Origin: Planctomycetota bacterium
Lineage (GTDB): Bacteria; Planctomycetota; GCA-002687715; DRQF01
Direction: 5' to 3'
Assembly: GCA_027001995.1 (NCBI GenBank)
Contig: JALTLO010000069.1
Span: 1-19,443, forward strand
DNA: 19,443 nt
Shown: piece after piece, positions 17,593 through 19,443 of the stretch
How the letters are laid out: every line of letters begins with the position of its first letter
Numbering within the stretch: position 1 is the first letter of the stretch
Position numbers and translations under genes: made by a program
The notes under the pieces: generated by a model
Seen by the model: the letters and a program-made list of their open reading frames with translations, nothing else
Database searches by the model: none
Told to the model about the DNA's origin: nothing

Positions 17593-17715
17593 GAGATTCG
17601 CTGGGCATAGTTTGAAGATAACTTAGCTCCGGTTGTTGCCTAGGGCGGGCGCTATGCCGCTCTGGCGGCGGCGAGGTCGTGGATGACTCAAGTTAGGATC
17701 CCGAAGGTCGACTTC

Positions 17716-17744
17716 AAAGTAAAGGGTCGCTCATCCTGAGTCAA
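17716..17744 (-). promoter_or_regulatory. Putative sigma70-type promoter of the FG-GAP gene
   Basis: Minus strand TTGACT (17744-17739), 17-bp spacer, TACTTT (17721-17716), correctly oriented ~100-125 nt upstream of the CDS. Confidence 0.55.
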
Positions 17745-17940
17745 GAAAATCGAACTCCAACGAAGGTTTGCGGTTCATTGACCCAAACCCAATGACACCT
17801 GGACGTGGACTTTTTTTTCTGGATTTCGCCTTGGGTGCTGTTTTGACCGGAGTCGATCACGAAACTGGGGGTCAGTCTGGCCCGATTGATTCATGAGATC
17901 GGCCAGGAGATGGTGAACTCTTCGGGCAAGGTGAGCCAAA

Positions 17941-19443
17941 TCATCGCCCCTTGTAGCCCACGACGCTGAGGACATCGATGGCCGTCTGGTAGCGGGAGAA
18001 CGGGGGCATGACGTAAGCCCCAACGACACTGTCTTTGACGGCGTCTAACATTTCCTTTGCCACCGTGATTCCCATGAGGGCACCGGCGTCTTTCTCAGAT
18101 GCGCTATGCATCCGTTCCCTGATGTGAGAAGGAATCTGCATTCCTGGAACTTCATTGTGGAGGAAGTCAGCGTTTCTGGCGCTCGCTAAAGGTAGGATGC
18201 CAACAAGCACAGGGATGTTGAATGACTTCGTGTCCTTCAGGAATCTTTCCAATATCTCGGGATCATAAACTGGTTGCGTCATGATGAGTTCTGCTCCCGC
18301 TCGAATTTTCTGTTCGAGGCGAGATAGCTCTCGATCGTAGTTGAGAGCGCCGGGTTCGGCTCCAGTCGCAGAGAAAAAAGAGGTGGTCTCCTTCATGGCT
18401 TTGCCAGAAGGATCGATGCCCCGATTAAATGATTGAATGACGCGGAGCAATTCGATGGAGTCTAGGTCAAACACCGCGGATGCTTTTGGGTAGTCTCCCA
18501 ACTTTGGAGGATCGCCGGTGATGACGACTAAGTTGCGAATCCCCATGGTGTGAGCTCCGAGGAGATCGGCTTGCAAACCCAGGAAATTGCGGTCCCGGCA
18601 GCAAACATGAAGGATGAACTCCATGCTTAGTTCTTGTTGGATCTTCAAGCCTAAAGCCCAATTCGCCATGCGCACCACAGCCCTTGGACCATCGGCGATG
18701 TTGACGACATCAACCCCGGCATCCCGGAGAAGTTTCGCGCCAGCCATGGCACGATCCGTATTGAGGCCTGGATGAGGATTGACTTCGACACTGACAGCAA
18801 AGTCATCCGGACCTTTGATTTGTTTCTGTGGACCGTTTTCGGCGAATCGCTCTTGCCAAATTCGACTTATCTTGGCGGCGAATCCTGATTTTTCAGCTAT
18901 GGGAGTCGGAGTCAGTCCGCTTTTTTGAGCCCCACTGGAATTCTTGTGGGAGGAAACAATTTCTATCTTGGATCCTCCCATCATGCGGGCGGCAGAAACA
19001 ATTGATTTGGCATGAGCGGGACCGGTGCCGCAGCAGCCTCCAACAATTTTCACGCCAGCCTTAAAAAAGCGTTTTGCGAAAACGCCAAAGTACTCAGGAC
19101 TGGCCATGTAGAGGGTTCGTTCGTCGAGCCTGCGGGGTTCACCAGCATTAGGTTGGGCGCTCACCGGCAAGCCACCGGTGACCATTCGGGAAGCGATTTC
19201 AAAGACATGGGCTGGCCCCAAAGCGCAGTTGATGCCAACAACATTGGCACCATGTTCTGCCAGAATACTCGCGACGGTTTCCGGTTCGGTTCCGTCTCGA
19301 AGGGTGAAGTCATTCTGAAAACTCATTTGAGCGACGATAGGGCCAAAGAAGTTTCTGCGGGCCACTTCCAACGCCAATTTCATCTCCGCCAAATTGTGGA
19401 AGGTCTCTAACACCAAAAGGTCAACACCATGTTCTACTAAGGA
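17941..19443 (-). CDS. yitJ: Bifunctional homocysteine S-methyltransferase / 5,10-methylenetetrahydrofolate reductase (YitJ type), 5' end outside the window
   Basis: The frame is open to the window edge (…SLVEHGVDLLVLETF). HMT Zn ligands GINCALGP and GGCCGTGPAH, plus QPNAG. MTHFR domain NIADGPRA, HVCCRDRN, ITGDPPKLGDYP, KIRAGAELIMTQPVYD, FLHNEVPG. Confidence 0.93.
   Translation of the reverse strand, partial: SLVEHGVDLLVLETFHNLAEMKLALEVARRNFFGPIVAQMSFQNDFTLRDGTEPETVASILAEHGANVVGINCALGPAHVFEIASRMVTGGLPVSAQPNAGEPRRLDERTLYMASPEYFGVFAKRFFKAGVKIVGGCCGTGPAHAKSIVSAARMMGGSKIEIVSSHKNSSGAQKSGLTPTPIAEKSGFAAKISRIWQERFAENGPQKQIKGPDDFAVSVEVNPHPGLNTDRAMAGAKLLRDAGVDVVNIADGPRAVVRMANWALGLKIQQELSMEFILHVCCRDRNFLGLQADLLGAHTMGIRNLVVITGDPPKLGDYPKASAVFDLDSIELLRVIQSFNRGIDPSGKAMKETTSFFSATGAEPGALNYDRELSRLEQKIRAGAELIMTQPVYDPEILERFLKDTKSFNIPVLVGILPLASARNADFLHNEVPGMQIPSHIRERMHSASEKDAGALMGITVAKEMLDAVKDSVVGAYVMPPFSRYQTAIDVLSVVGYKGR

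Noticed and set aside
17631..17940. SAM or c-di-GMP riboswitch near the methionine gene
   Set aside because: The region is downstream of yitJ, whose leader is outside the window, and it lacks the conserved cores of these riboswitches.
17775..18029. 84-aa minus-strand ORF overlapping the yitJ 3' end
   Set aside because: It starts inside yitJ in another frame, has no protein-like features, and runs through hairpins and an A8 tract.
67..19410. Numerous 60-233 aa alternative-frame and antisense ORFs (e.g. 840-1409, 2500-3201, 5501-6094, 9145-9696, 16462-16986)
   Set aside because: All lie within well-supported genes and show no recognisable motifs; they are the expected shadow ORFs.

Overview
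A gene-dense, intact, roughly 50% GC bacterial chromosomal segment with no mobile element, CRISPR array or RNA gene that I can recognise. The protein styles suggest an uncultured Planctomycetota lineage, but this is inference only. In order it carries: a MacAB-type ABC exporter operon (lipoprotein adaptor, ATPase, permease), a CNNM/CorC CBS-domain membrane protein, a 788-aa secreted protein with an intrinsic terminator, acs coupled to truB, a DUF1573 protein, an isolated EboF-like phosphodiesterase, udk, a GT-C-type membrane glycosyltransferase, a seven-bladed FG-GAP protein, and the 3' part of a YitJ-type homocysteine methyltransferase/MTHFR fusion. Most of this is housekeeping. The best candidates for new biology are in the secreted proteins. 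(1) The 788-aa protein appears to end in a bacterial BPI/LBP/CETP-like (TULIP) lipid-binding module and is almost devoid of Lys/Arg. (2) An unannotated ~100-aa domain is shared between its N-terminus and the C-terminus of the FG-GAP protein, and may be a sorting or anchoring module. (3) All three predicted signal-peptidase-I substrates start their mature chain with Gln-Thr. All assignments are by eye; no searches were run.
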